Assembly (NCBI GenBank): GCA_964583795.1
Contig: CAZOWX010000005.1
Location: forward strand, 861-64,860
DNA: 64,000 nucleotides
Direction of reading: 5' to 3'
Source: an uncultured Pseudomonadales bacterium
Lineage (GTDB): Bacteria > Patescibacteriota > Microgenomatia > UBA1400 > PJMF01
Position 1 is the first letter of the stretch; each line of letters starts with the position of its first letter. The notes under the pieces were generated by a model, which made no database searches, had not been told where the DNA came from, and saw only the letters and a list, made by a program, of their open reading frames with translations. Shown in pieces: positions 46,915 to 56,581 of the stretch. A program made the position numbers and the translations under genes.

Positions 46915-48411
46915 TTATTGAGTTCTGACAAGCTCCCCCTCCGAAACGCTGCGCGAAACAATGATCAAATCATCGGTTGTGATCCCCTGGAGCACCCCAA
47001 CATATTTTCCTGATACTTCACCCAAAGTAACCTCTTTCACAGTCGCACGGTAGTCCTGGTCTTCTTTTGTGGCAACATACACAAACGCTTTCTCTTGGGT
47101 CTGATACACAGCGTCAAGGGGAACAAGCGGATCGTTGACAATGATTTTTTGTGGACCAACCGGAACACTAATCGAGATGGAACTTCCATTCGTGAGCCAC
47201 CCATCATACTCTGTGGGAATGATATATATAATAGTATGTAAACTACCTTGGGTCGCCTCGCTGGAAATAAACTCTGGCATTAACTCCACGTTTTTATCTC
47301 CAATATGGACGGTACTGGACTCAGTACTGATAATCGAACGTGTAATATTCGCAGAAGTGGTGATAATGGCTTTGTTTTGACCTTTGTCAGCTCGAATGGT
47401 CGCTAATACCATTCCTGGATTGACGGTCTGCCCAGGATTTACCATCACTCGCTCTACTGTTCCACTAAACGGTGAAACCGGATACATCATCGATTCATTC
47501 ACTCGAGCCAATTTGACGTTGAGTAAAGCAATATCCTTTGATAAAGTCAGCGACTTTTCTTGTAAATCAAGCTGTTTGAGGGTGAGATCTTTATTGATCC
47601 CATCCATTTGAGCAGGTGCTTTATTGCTATCGGTCTGGTACTCCGTGGTTCGAAGGCCCGCTCGCAATTGATTCAAACCGGAGAGTGTTGCTGCTTTGCC
47701 TTGTTTGGCCCCTAAAATAGCTGCATCATTCGAACCACTGACATTAGTCGATTCAAGCTGAGCGATCTGGGCATCAAGACTTTTTATGATGTCTTCACTC
47801 AAGGTGATTGCTGCCTTGGTGTCATCGATGGACTTACGATTGATATCACGCATTTCATTCGCTAAAACGTTCCCTTTTTCGGCGAGATCCCGCTGCTTTG
47901 CAATAACCTCTTTTTGAGTATCAAAGGTCTCAACAGCAAAATCATAATTTTTTTGGGCGAGTTGTCGAGAAAGTGAAGCGGCATTGGCACCTTGATAGTT
48001 GGTCGACAGGCGGACAATCGTGCCTCCTTTTACCACTCGATCCCCTTCATGAACACTGACTTTCTGCACCACACCTGGAGTTTGGGCAATGATGTTTAAC
48101 ACTCCGGTTTTCTCAACCGTGGCACTGAGGGTAATTTTTGGGGTTTGAGCAGCATTAAAAACTTCCACCAACTTTGGTTGTTCTTCTGCAGTTTCTTCGG
48201 TGATTTGTGGTTTTCGTAAACGGTCACCAACCACAATCAACAGCACTAACAATGCCATCAGTCCAAAAAAGAACATGAGTGGTCGAGCAGCAATAAATTT
48301 ACCCGTATTTTGCTTCGCTCGAGTGAAAATCGACCGAATGCCATTTGTTTTATTTTTACTTGATTTATCAGTATTTTTTTGCATATTTAAAGATGGTGTC
48401 ATAGTTGCCAA
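46915..48411 (-). CDS. Periplasmic adaptor / membrane-fusion protein (HlyD family) with an N-terminal TM anchor.
   Basis: TM FIAARPLMFFFGLMALLVLLIVVGD. Long coiled-coil segment (heptad-rich, ~aa 140-300). C-terminal beta-barrel-like segments. Confidence 0.65.
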   Translation of the reverse strand: MATMTPSLNMQKNTDKSSKNKTNGIRSIFTRAKQNTGKFIAARPLMFFFGLMALLVLLIVVGDRLRKPQITEETAEEQPKLVEVFNAAQTPKITLSATVEKTGVLNIIAQTPGVVQKVSVHEGDRVVKGGTIVRLSTNYQGANAASLSRQLAQKNYDFAVETFDTQKEVIAKQRDLAEKGNVLANEMRDINRKSIDDTKAAITLSEDIIKSLDAQIAQLESTNVSGSNDAAILGAKQGKAATLSGLNQLRAGLRTTEYQTDSNKAPAQMDGINKDLTLKQLDLQEKSLTLSKDIALLNVKLARVNESMMYPVSPFSGTVERVMVNPGQTVNPGMVLATIRADKGQNKAIITTSANITRSIISTESSTVHIGDKNVELMPEFISSEATQGSLHTIIYIIPTEYDGWLTNGSSISISVPVGPQKIIVNDPLVPLDAVYQTQEKAFVYVATKEDQDYRATVKEVTLGEVSGKYVGVLQGITTDDLIIVSRSVSEGELVRTQ

Positions 48412-48532
48412 GGTGTAAAAATCCAGAAGGTGGATTATACCATAAATAAGGCGAATTTTCCAGTCCTAGAGTGGTTGGCACTGAGTCACTTTCAGGGAGT
48501 TTCCAGTTAAAATTGCAAAAAATGAAATGCCT

Positions 48533-49252
48533 TTATACTCGTTGTGCAAATAGGTTTAATTGTGCAGAAATTTCGTCAATATATGCTGGATTATCATAAA
48601 AATACGCCTGTCCATACTTTATCCACAAATCAATTTGTCGTGTTATTTCATCATATTTTTGAGGTCTGTCTCTCTCAGGAAGCAAAGAGAAATATCGTCG
48701 CAAACTTTTCAAAATCGTCACAATTTCGTCAAAAAACATCTGCTTTGCCAACCCAGAAAAACCCTCAAAACCAATCACGATATCAGGATACCACTTGTCG
48801 TCATTAAGCTCCCACTTCCCAGTTTGGACATCAAAAGCATGTGCAAGATCCACCTGAACGAGCCGAAATCGAACGTTCCCATACGATATATCGCCAGTTG
48901 CTGATTTCTCTAACATCATATTTTTTGCATTTCTATCTCCAACAATTAATCCATGTTTTGCCAACCCAATCATCTGATTAACTGCAGCAATACAAATATG
49001 GATGTTAAAACTAAGGTCATTTCGTGAATAAAAATGATACTCCCAAGTCCGTCCATCGATCTGTTGAATTGGAAACCGGCTGGTCAAATCCCCAAAATAT
49101 TTCCGTTCAACTACAACATCTTCTGGCAGAACAAGCTGTGGGAAAATTGCTGGGAACCGACAGCCCAAGATGGCATGGTTCTTAAATTTGAGGGTTTGAT
49201 CACCTTGAGAGTCAATTTCTGATTGCCAACGGATCTCAAGTGTGTTGCTCAT
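48533..49252 (-). CDS. Protein-kinase-like-fold phosphotransferase, putative (239 aa).
   Basis: Catalytic-loop-like HGLIVGDRNAKNMML (D-x-x-x-K-N) and DFG-like VQVDLAHAF. Low confidence. Confidence 0.3.
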   Translation of the reverse strand: MSNTLEIRWQSEIDSQGDQTLKFKNHAILGCRFPAIFPQLVLPEDVVVERKYFGDLTSRFPIQQIDGRTWEYHFYSRNDLSFNIHICIAAVNQMIGLAKHGLIVGDRNAKNMMLEKSATGDISYGNVRFRLVQVDLAHAFDVQTGKWELNDDKWYPDIVIGFEGFSGLAKQMFFDEIVTILKSLRRYFSLLPERDRPQKYDEITRQIDLWIKYGQAYFYDNPAYIDEISAQLNLFAQRV

Positions 49253-49941
49253 GTGAGGAATTTAGGCATTATTCTGTGGATATTCGCCTTTGAAGTACGC
49301 GATTGCATCATCAAATTTTCCTTGATAAAAGAATTGATTAGCCACTTCATATTGACTTTTAATTTTCTCCATCGTTTCGTCTGGTACTTCACCCCATGGA
49401 GTCTAGCCTTTTTCAATCGCTCCAACAAATGTTTGAGATGGAACATAATCTCGCCTAGAACCTCTTCTTCTGTTGCATTTTCTCTAATATAGAGTTGGTG
49501 GTAAATACGTTGAGAATGGTACTCCAACACTTGTGAAGGAGTTTCGTCCAACACGTCGAGGTAATCTGCATATACAGCAGTATTAGGAATAAAATCCCGC
49601 AAATGACTAAGCCATGCCCCGAGAATCATCATTTGGCTCATAATCCTCGTATACGTTGAGGAACTCTCATCTGGAAAAAATGGTCTACTCAAATGTTTTT
49701 TCCTAGTTTCGTCATCATGCTGATAGCGCAAAGTCGCAATCAAGTGCGTCGGATCATAGGGATCAAATTCTTCCCATTCGGGTGAATCAACTTTAAATTC
49801 AGCTCTACGGTAGTTAAGCACAGCACTATAAAAGTGATAAAGCGTCACAATCGGAAACCCCATCTTTGCCAACTGGCGCAAAACTTGTCTGATTTCACCC
49901 CGTGTATCTTGAAGAGCTTGTTCTATGAGATCTTCTACCAT
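49249..49941 (-). CDS. Hypothetical protein (230 aa), translationally coupled (ATGA overlap) to the kinase-like gene.
   Basis: 4-bp overlap 49249-49252. No motif recognised. Confidence 0.4.
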   Translation of the reverse strand: MVEDLIEQALQDTRGEIRQVLRQLAKMGFPIVTLYHFYSAVLNYRRAEFKVDSPEWEEFDPYDPTHLIATLRYQHDDETRKKHLSRPFFPDESSSTYTRIMSQMMILGAWLSHLRDFIPNTAVYADYLDVLDETPSQVLEYHSQRIYHQLYIRENATEEEVLGEIMFHLKHLLERLKKARLHGVKYQTKRWRKLKVNMKWLINSFIKENLMMQSRTSKANIHRIMPKFLT

Positions 49942-50020
49942 AGAAGCAGAATTCTATCATACTTATTGATCTGTTTCAGATCTTTTGAAAGAATATGCTG
50001 AATTCATAGTAGAATGAGTC

Positions 50021-50575
50021 ATGAACACACAACAACTCACTTCACAACAACAACTTGATCTTCTCAAAACCCTTCAACAACGCTTTGAAAAAAATATGAG
50101 TCGACATAAGACTGTTGCATGGGAAAAAGTCCAAGCAAAACTTGAAACCCATCCTGAGAAACTCTGGTCACTCTCTCAAATGGAGCAAACCGGTGGTGAA
50201 CCTGACGTGGTGGAGTTTGATACAAAAGAGTATGTATTTGTTGACTGCTCTGCAGAGAGTCCTAAAGGGAGAAGAAGTTTATGCTACGACCGCCAAGCAC
50301 TTGAAGCTAGAAAATCATTTAAACCGAAAAGTTCCGTGATCGATGAAGCAACTGCCATGGGAATAGAGTTACTCGATGAGAGGCAGTACCGGCAATTACA
50401 ACAACTTGGAGAGTTCGACACCAAAACTTCGAGCTGGATCAAAACACCTACGAACATTCGTAAACTGGGCGGGGCTCTTTTTGCAGACCGTCGTTACGAT
50501 ACCGTTTTTATCTATCATAATGGAGCAGATTCGTATTATGCGGCTCGGGGTTTTCGTGGATTATTACAATTTTAA
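50021..50575 (+). CDS. Hypothetical protein (184 aa), possibly a DUF4256-type protein.
   Basis: Conserved-looking C-terminal YYAARGFRGLL. Family assignment is from memory only. Confidence 0.35.
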   Translation: MNTQQLTSQQQLDLLKTLQQRFEKNMSRHKTVAWEKVQAKLETHPEKLWSLSQMEQTGGEPDVVEFDTKEYVFVDCSAESPKGRRSLCYDRQALEARKSFKPKSSVIDEATAMGIELLDERQYRQLQQLGEFDTKTSSWIKTPTNIRKLGGALFADRRYDTVFIYHNGADSYYAARGFRGLLQF

Positions 50576-50585
50576 GAGCTTGAAA

Positions 50586-51068
50586 ATGACAATTTCACAA
50601 TTTACTCATTCATTAATCAACAATCCCGACCAGATAGTCAAAATCAAAGGTTCAAGTAAAAAAATTTTGGGCTTCGCTGAGTTTTGCACCGTGAACTTGG
50701 GAGATGCGAATTATTTTAAGATTGCTTTCGATGATCATACTTCTTTGCTGATTATCCCCAATGATGAACTCGTGTTTTATACCGATGAGCCAATTAAACA
50801 ATTTGCCGAAATTCCTGATGCTGACATTGGCAATAAAAAAATGATTTCTTTTCGTGGCAAACAATATCAATTAGAAAACAAAAATGATTATCAGTACGTC
50901 ATTCGATTGATTAAAGGTGACTACCAAAGTATTGAGGGTGAAGTGAAGTTCTCAGATTACATGAGTACCGATGGGAGTGACGATATGCTCAGTCTTGGAT
51001 GGATTGTTCGAACAGGTGAGAGGGCAGATTTGAATCCCAAATTAATCGCTTTAGAAGATATTGCTTAA
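50586..51068 (+). CDS. Hypothetical protein (~160 aa).
   Basis: ATG MTISQFTHSL lies immediately after the stop of the preceding gene. The longer overlapping ORF from 50376 is rejected. Confidence 0.4.
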   Translation: MTISQFTHSLINNPDQIVKIKGSSKKILGFAEFCTVNLGDANYFKIAFDDHTSLLIIPNDELVFYTDEPIKQFAEIPDADIGNKKMISFRGKQYQLENKNDYQYVIRLIKGDYQSIEGEVKFSDYMSTDGSDDMLSLGWIVRTGERADLNPKLIALEDIA

Positions 51069-51158
51069 GATTAATAATGAATACCTTGAAGTGAAACTTT
51101 TACCCGGTTCGAGAGAAAATCAGAAATTCATATAGAAATATCATGTTAAAATCAGACA

Positions 51159-51653
51159 ATGTCTTCCACTAGAATTAAACAAAGAATAGCAATCACCAAA
51201 CGCAATCATACTATATATCGAATCATTCAAATCACAGCTTTTCCTTCCGCTTTTGTGTTTGGTTCAATTAATGGCTTTCTTTTTGTATTTGCACTCAGTT
51301 TCCTATTTAAGGGAATAACAAATATTAAAAATAGAACTGACTACGAAGTAGCCAAGCTATACACCTATTTTTGGACAGGTACTCCCGCTAAACATCGTGG
51401 AATGATCAATCTCATACACAGCGGAACAATCCTGTCCATTATTCCACTCACTTTTATGATTCCATTGGACAACAAGTGGTTAAATTTGTATGTGGTGACA
51501 ATCGGAGGTCTTTTACTTCTTGCTTATATCTGGTTTTCAATAATTAGTTGGAATGACTTTGACAAATACCATTCAAGGAAATTTCGTTATCAATTTTTAG
51601 TGAATCTGGCCTACTCCAAAGGTAGAAAAGTAAGAAAGTTGCTGAAAAAATAA
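51159..51653 (+). CDS. Hypothetical membrane protein (164 aa, about 4 TM).
   Basis: Hydrophobic segments. K-rich C-terminus. Confidence 0.4.
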   Translation: MSSTRIKQRIAITKRNHTIYRIIQITAFPSAFVFGSINGFLFVFALSFLFKGITNIKNRTDYEVAKLYTYFWTGTPAKHRGMINLIHSGTILSIIPLTFMIPLDNKWLNLYVVTIGGLLLLAYIWFSIISWNDFDKYHSRKFRYQFLVNLAYSKGRKVRKLLKK

Positions 51654-51680
51654 TTACTTATTCAATAAATTATCATAAAT

Positions 51681-52268
51681 ATGACCAAAAACTTTTACTT
51701 GGTCCGTCATGCTCAATACGATAACCCACTAAAGATTCTTGCTGGTCGATTACCAGTCACGTTATCTGAACTCGGAATTGGTCAAGCAAAGAAGCTGAGT
51801 GAATTCTTTTTTGATAAAAAAATTGAACTCATCTATTCAAGTCCTGTTAAACGCTGCCAACAAACAAGTGAAATTATTGCTAACACTGTGATTCCTATTG
51901 AGTATGATGTCCGTTTGGCAGAAACATTTTCGCCATACCAAGGGTATTGGGAACTTGATTGGTCACATTTCTATGGACATCATGAAGAACTCGGGGGCGA
52001 GTCCCCGCAGGATATCTCACTGAGAATGATGGACTTTTGGCAGAGTATTGTGAAGAAGGACGAGAAAAATTGCATTATTTGCTCGCATGGCGATCCACTG
52101 TACCTTCTTTTTGCTCAGCTGACTGGGCTTACCATCCCTTCAATTAAAGAAATTACTAGCATTCTTGGTGATGAGTATCAACCAACAGGATCGGTGAGAA
52201 AAATCGTGGTGGAAGGTGATGATGTCAGAACTGAAAACGTTGTAACTTTCACAGAAACTGCTTATTAA
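51681..52268 (+). CDS. Histidine phosphatase superfamily (phosphoglycerate-mutase-like) protein.
   Basis: N-terminal FYLVRHAQY (RHG-type catalytic His). Second His in CSHGDPL. 195 aa. Confidence 0.65.
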   Translation: MTKNFYLVRHAQYDNPLKILAGRLPVTLSELGIGQAKKLSEFFFDKKIELIYSSPVKRCQQTSEIIANTVIPIEYDVRLAETFSPYQGYWELDWSHFYGHHEELGGESPQDISLRMMDFWQSIVKKDEKNCIICSHGDPLYLLFAQLTGLTIPSIKEITSILGDEYQPTGSVRKIVVEGDDVRTENVVTFTETAY

Positions 52269-52307
52269 GCAAATCAAATTGGTTCAGATCCCTGCTACAA
52301 TACTCTC

Positions 52308-53303
52308 ATGTCAACTCAACCACTCCCAGGAAATCTCTTAGAGCGACTTGGTCTCAAAATTGGCCATTATACTGATAAAAAAAATCTAACAGGTTTAACT
52401 GCTTTTATCGCCGAAAACGGCGCTGATATTGGGATCGATATTCGAGGTTCAAACACCGGAACATTTAATACTCCTGCTTTTGCACCAAAAGCATCAGGAA
52501 ACACTGTCCACGCAGTAGTATTAACAGGCGGAAGTACCTTTGGACTAGCATCGGCAACAGGAATCATGGAAGAGTTATCAGCTAAAGAAATCGGAAACAA
52601 AACTAGAGCGGCCTTTATCCCAGGAACAACTGGAGCGGTGATTTATGATATTGCAGTTGGTACGAATACTCATCCAGGAGCGAACGAAGGCAAGCAGGCA
52701 GTTCATAACGCAACTGACCAGTTACCTCATCAAGGTAACGTTGGTGTTGGTACTGGAGCAACTGTTGGTAAATGGTGGAAAGGCAAAAAAATGAAGGGTG
52801 GGTTTGGTATTGGCGTGGCCTACTTGCCTCAAGATATTATTGTTGCAGCGTTTAGTGTCACCAATTGTCTTGGTGATATTCTCAATCCAAAGACGGGTCA
52901 ATTTTATTCAGAAACTGGGAAACAGGATGCGATACATTCATCATTTGGCGATTCACTTGAGCACCTCGTAGGCACTATGGATCTTTCTGGGAACACGACT
53001 TTAACTGTTGTAGCCACGAACGTCAGTTTAGGAAAAGAGCAGTTAATGAAAGTAGCGGAGTTTACTCATGACGGGTATGCACGAGCTATCCATCCGATTC
53101 ATACCAATATGGACGGCGATATTGTCTTTGCCATATCTTCTCGCAGTGGTGAGAGAAAAACATTTCCCAAGATGAATTCACTCACTTTAGTTGACTTTAT
53201 TGGTATGGGAGCTCAAGAAGCTGTGATACAAGCAATCAACAGCAGTATAAAACACGCCGAAAGTATTGAAGGATTCCCAAGCATAAAAATGATTACATAC
53301 TAA
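52308..53303 (+). CDS. S58/DmpA-like (P1 family) peptidase / L-aminopeptidase-D-esterase-like protein.
   Basis: GLKIGHYTD...GLTAFIAENGADIGIDIRGSNTGT...VVLTGGSTFGLASATGIMEEL matches the family pattern from memory. 331 aa. Confidence 0.6.
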   Translation: MSTQPLPGNLLERLGLKIGHYTDKKNLTGLTAFIAENGADIGIDIRGSNTGTFNTPAFAPKASGNTVHAVVLTGGSTFGLASATGIMEELSAKEIGNKTRAAFIPGTTGAVIYDIAVGTNTHPGANEGKQAVHNATDQLPHQGNVGVGTGATVGKWWKGKKMKGGFGIGVAYLPQDIIVAAFSVTNCLGDILNPKTGQFYSETGKQDAIHSSFGDSLEHLVGTMDLSGNTTLTVVATNVSLGKEQLMKVAEFTHDGYARAIHPIHTNMDGDIVFAISSRSGERKTFPKMNSLTLVDFIGMGAQEAVIQAINSSIKHAESIEGFPSIKMITY

Positions 53304-53351
53304 TTCACACTTTCTCAAACTAAAGCAAGACAATTTTGCTACAATACCCTC

Positions 53352-53969
53352 ATGCAATTCATTATTCTCCACGGCACGTTTGGCTCAAGAGATGGCAACT
53401 GGTTTCCGTGGTTAGATAGTGAGCTAAAAAAACTTGGACAGAGTGTCATACGACCACAATTTCCGGTTGATAATTATGAAGAAGTGAAAGCATCTATTGA
53501 AAAAACTGGAAGTTACAATCACCCGAAGCAGAATCTTGCGAGTTGGCAGAAAACATTTGAACAACAAGTCGTTCCCCAACTCAATCATGAGCCACTTGTT
53601 GTCGTAGCACACTCAATCGCTCCCGCCTTTGTTTTATCTGCAGTGACTGAGTTTAATCTACAACTTGACTGCGCCATCTTTATAGCCCCATTTATCCAAG
53701 ATATTGATCAGCCCGAATTTGATCCAATCAATAGAGATTTTTACAAGCGTAAATTTGATTTTGAAACAGTAAATAAAAGAATTCCTGATTCCTATTCTTT
53801 ATATAGTGACACCGACCCTTACGTTCCTAACTCATTATCGTTTCACTTCGCAAAACAATTGGATAGTCAGACTATCCTAGTTCGGGAAGCACATCATATG
53901 GGCAGTGTTTTCAAAGAATTCCCACTAGTTCTAGAACTGTGTAAAACACGAATCGGATTTGGGAAGTGA
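53352..53969 (+). CDS. Alpha/beta-fold serine hydrolase (YdeN/RBBP9-like).
   Basis: IILHGTFGSRDGNWFPWL N-terminus. Nucleophile-elbow-like VVAHSIAPAF. 205 aa. Confidence 0.5.
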   Translation: MQFIILHGTFGSRDGNWFPWLDSELKKLGQSVIRPQFPVDNYEEVKASIEKTGSYNHPKQNLASWQKTFEQQVVPQLNHEPLVVVAHSIAPAFVLSAVTEFNLQLDCAIFIAPFIQDIDQPEFDPINRDFYKRKFDFETVNKRIPDSYSLYSDTDPYVPNSLSFHFAKQLDSQTILVREAHHMGSVFKEFPLVLELCKTRIGFGK

Positions 53970-54058
53970 AAACTGCAAAAAACTTGAGCAGTTGCTGACA
54001 CACTGAACAATATCAATTGGTATTGATCGGCATCATCAACAGTTTTCTAAATGTAAAT

Positions 54059-54529
54059 ATGACACCTACACCTCTTCTTCCACTCTTTTATGACCTTTGG
54101 TACACCCTGGATCCGATTGGACGATTGCGTCGCAGTGGTGCAAAAATTGGAAACAATGTTTTCTTTGGACTGCATACGTTTGTTGAGTTAGAAAATGCTC
54201 GTTTGCTGATAATTGAAGATAATGCTGTGATTAGTGCTCATTCCAAAATTATTCTGCATGACTCGTCTTTATCACGCATCGCGAGCGTTAAACCTCGATA
54301 TGGGTCAGTCATTTTGCAAAAAAATTGCTACATTGGAGCGAACACAACGATCTTGTATGGGAGTGACATTGGAGAAAATACGATTGTCGGAGCAAATTCT
54401 CTGGTAAAAGGGAAACTGGAACCCAATAGTGTGTATGTCGGCCAACCAGTTAAGAGACTGTGTTCAATTGATGAGTTACAAAAGCGCTGGGAAACCGAAT
54501 ACATCATCAAAAACAAAAATAAAGAGTAA
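54059..54529 (+). CDS. Hexapeptide-repeat (LbH) acetyltransferase (maltose/galactoside O-acetyltransferase-like).
   Basis: Hexapeptide repeats NCYIGANTTILYGSDIGENTIVGANSLV. ATG at 54059; the longer ORF begins at a TTG at 54017. Confidence 0.65.
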   Translation: MTPTPLLPLFYDLWYTLDPIGRLRRSGAKIGNNVFFGLHTFVELENARLLIIEDNAVISAHSKIILHDSSLSRIASVKPRYGSVILQKNCYIGANTTILYGSDIGENTIVGANSLVKGKLEPNSVYVGQPVKRLCSIDELQKRWETEYIIKNKNKE

Positions 54530-54585
54530 AAGTCTTGTTTGAATTTGGGATTTAATTTTCTGGCAAAGATTCCACATGGTTCTAA

Positions 54586-54665
54586 AGTCAGATCCTCGAT
54601 CTCGATGACTTCACTTGGTCCGCCCAGGGAGGACCAGGTTCATTCATCGCGTCAAGGATGACACA
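54586..54665. repeat. Left copy of an imperfect inverted repeat flanking the helicase gene, with an internal hairpin ggtcc-gcccagggag-ggacc.
   Basis: agtcagatcctcgatctcgat...gtcaaggatgacac. The reverse complement of the right copy (56466-56519) reads agtcagaccctcgatctcgat...gtcaaggatgacac: 20/21 and 14/14 identical arms. Confidence 0.6.
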
Positions 54666-54780
54666 CTTTATATTTAGTCATAAAATTCAAATTAGAATTT
54701 GAAACTGGGAATTTACTTCTTAAATTCCTCATCTCCATGTCATCTTCAGTTCAGAATTACCTGTTACAATGCAGTTTACA

Positions 54781-56426
54781 TGACTCAAAAACAAGCCCTA
54801 CTCATCCTCAAAACTGGCGTTAATGTTTTTTTGACTGGAGAGCCTGGCAGTGGAAAAACGTTTGTCATCAATCAATACATTCGTTATCTCAGACGCCATA
54901 AACTCAAAGTTGCCGTCACGGCTTCCACTGGTATTGCTGCTACTCATATTAATGGCACCACTATTCACTCTTGGAGTGGTATTGGTGTGCGAAAATCCCT
55001 CACTGATCGCGACTTTTCCTGGCTGTTTACCAAACGCCAAGTCGTAAAACGTATCGAAAACACGCATGTGCTGATCATCGATGAAATATCTATGTTGGAT
55101 GCGAAAACACTTTCTCTCATCGACCAAGTACTCAAAAAAGTGCGTCGCAACTTAGTAGCATTTGGTGGCATCCAAGTAGTCTTTGTCGGAGACTTTTTTC
55201 AACTGCCACCAGTATCTACAGGAAACGCTCAGAGCTCATTCGCATTTGAATCAATGGCTTGGGTCGAGGCAAAGCCAGTAGTCTGCTATCTTTCGGAGCA
55301 ACACCGTCAGCTCGATACCGGCTTTACTCAGCTGCTTGGCTCTATTCGCAGTGGAACTGAACTGGAAAGCACTTACTCAATCTTAACAAGAAAACAAGTC
55401 GATGAAGTTTCAGATGACTGCACACAACTCTATACACATAATGCCGATGTTGACCTCCTCAATGAAAAAAAACTCGCCAAGTTACCGGGTAAGATCTATG
55501 AATTTCCGATGAGTACTCATGGTCGAAAACAGATAGTCGAACAACTCAAAAAAGGTTGTCTTTCTCCGGAGATTCTCACGTTAAAAGTTGGAGCAAAAGT
55601 GATGTTTACCAAAAATAATTTTGAAGTTGGTTTCGTCAACGGAACTTTGGGAGAAGTGATCGATGTTAAAGATTCGCTGCCAATTGTGCTCACGAGCGAA
55701 CATCGAGAAATTGCAGTCAAACCGATGGACTGGGTGATCGAAGAAAACGATAAGATCAAAGCCAGTATCACTCAAATCCCTTTGCGACTTGCATGGGCAA
55801 TTACTGTGCACAAAAGTCAAGGAATGACGCTTGATGAAGCTGTCATCGACCTTTCCGATGCCTTTGAGTACGGGCAAGGATATGTAGCGATTTCTCGGGT
55901 CAAATCACTTCAAGGATTATCCTTATTGGGAATCAACCAACGGGCACTGGAAACTCATCCTATCATTCAAAAACACGATCACTTTTTCAAACTCCGCTCA
56001 CAAAAAGCTGCCCAACTTGCCACTCAGTACACTTCTGATGAGTTTCGTCAAAAACATCATGACTTTATTCTACGTTGTGGTGGTAGTTTAAAAAAAGTAA
56101 CAGAAAAAGTGAAAAGTGAAAAATCAACGTATGAACAAACGTTTGAGTTATTCAAGAAAGGCTTATCACTTGCTCAAATTGCAAAACAACGAAATCTTAA
56201 ACAAGGGACAATCATCACACACATTGAAAGATTATACGAACAAGAATTGATATCAGCTCAGGAAGTCGGGACACTCATTCCCCAAAAACTGGCCAAGAAA
56301 CTTTCAGAAATTACATGTGTTTTTCATGAAAAAGGCACCCAACACCTTGCCCCGGTTTTTGAACATCTCAAGGGAAAGTACTCCTATGATGAACTGAGGC
56401 TCGTGCGGATGACAATGGTTGAGTAA
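54781..56426 (+). CDS. SF1B DNA helicase of the PIF1/RecD-like family with a C-terminal HTH domain.
   Basis: Walker A LTGEPGSGKTF. Walker B LIIDEISM. Motif ITVHKSQGMTLD. C-terminal HTH-like LSLAQIAKQRNLKQGTIITHIERL. Start taken at MTQKQALL. Confidence 0.7.
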
Positions 56427-56465
56427 TTTTTTTACTCAAATAATCATTTTCAATTGCTCCCTAGT

Positions 56466-56519
56466 GGTGTCATCCTTGACCCGATCCGCCCAGGCCGGAT
56501 CGAGATCGAGGGTCTGACT
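56466..56519. repeat. Right copy of the inverted repeat flanking the helicase gene (hairpin gatcc-gcccaggcc-ggatc).
   Basis: See the left copy. Confidence 0.6.
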
Positions 56520-56581
56520 CAAAAAAACTTTTCTTTACATGTGAGTTTTTTATTTTCTGTTAAATTGCAATAAATCTTGCT

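Noticed and set aside
50376-51068. 230-aa ORF overlapping the 3' end of the 50021-50575 gene in another frame.
   Set aside because: The N-terminal 70 aa overlap a better-supported gene. An internal ATG (50586) directly after that gene's stop gives a sensible non-overlapping start.
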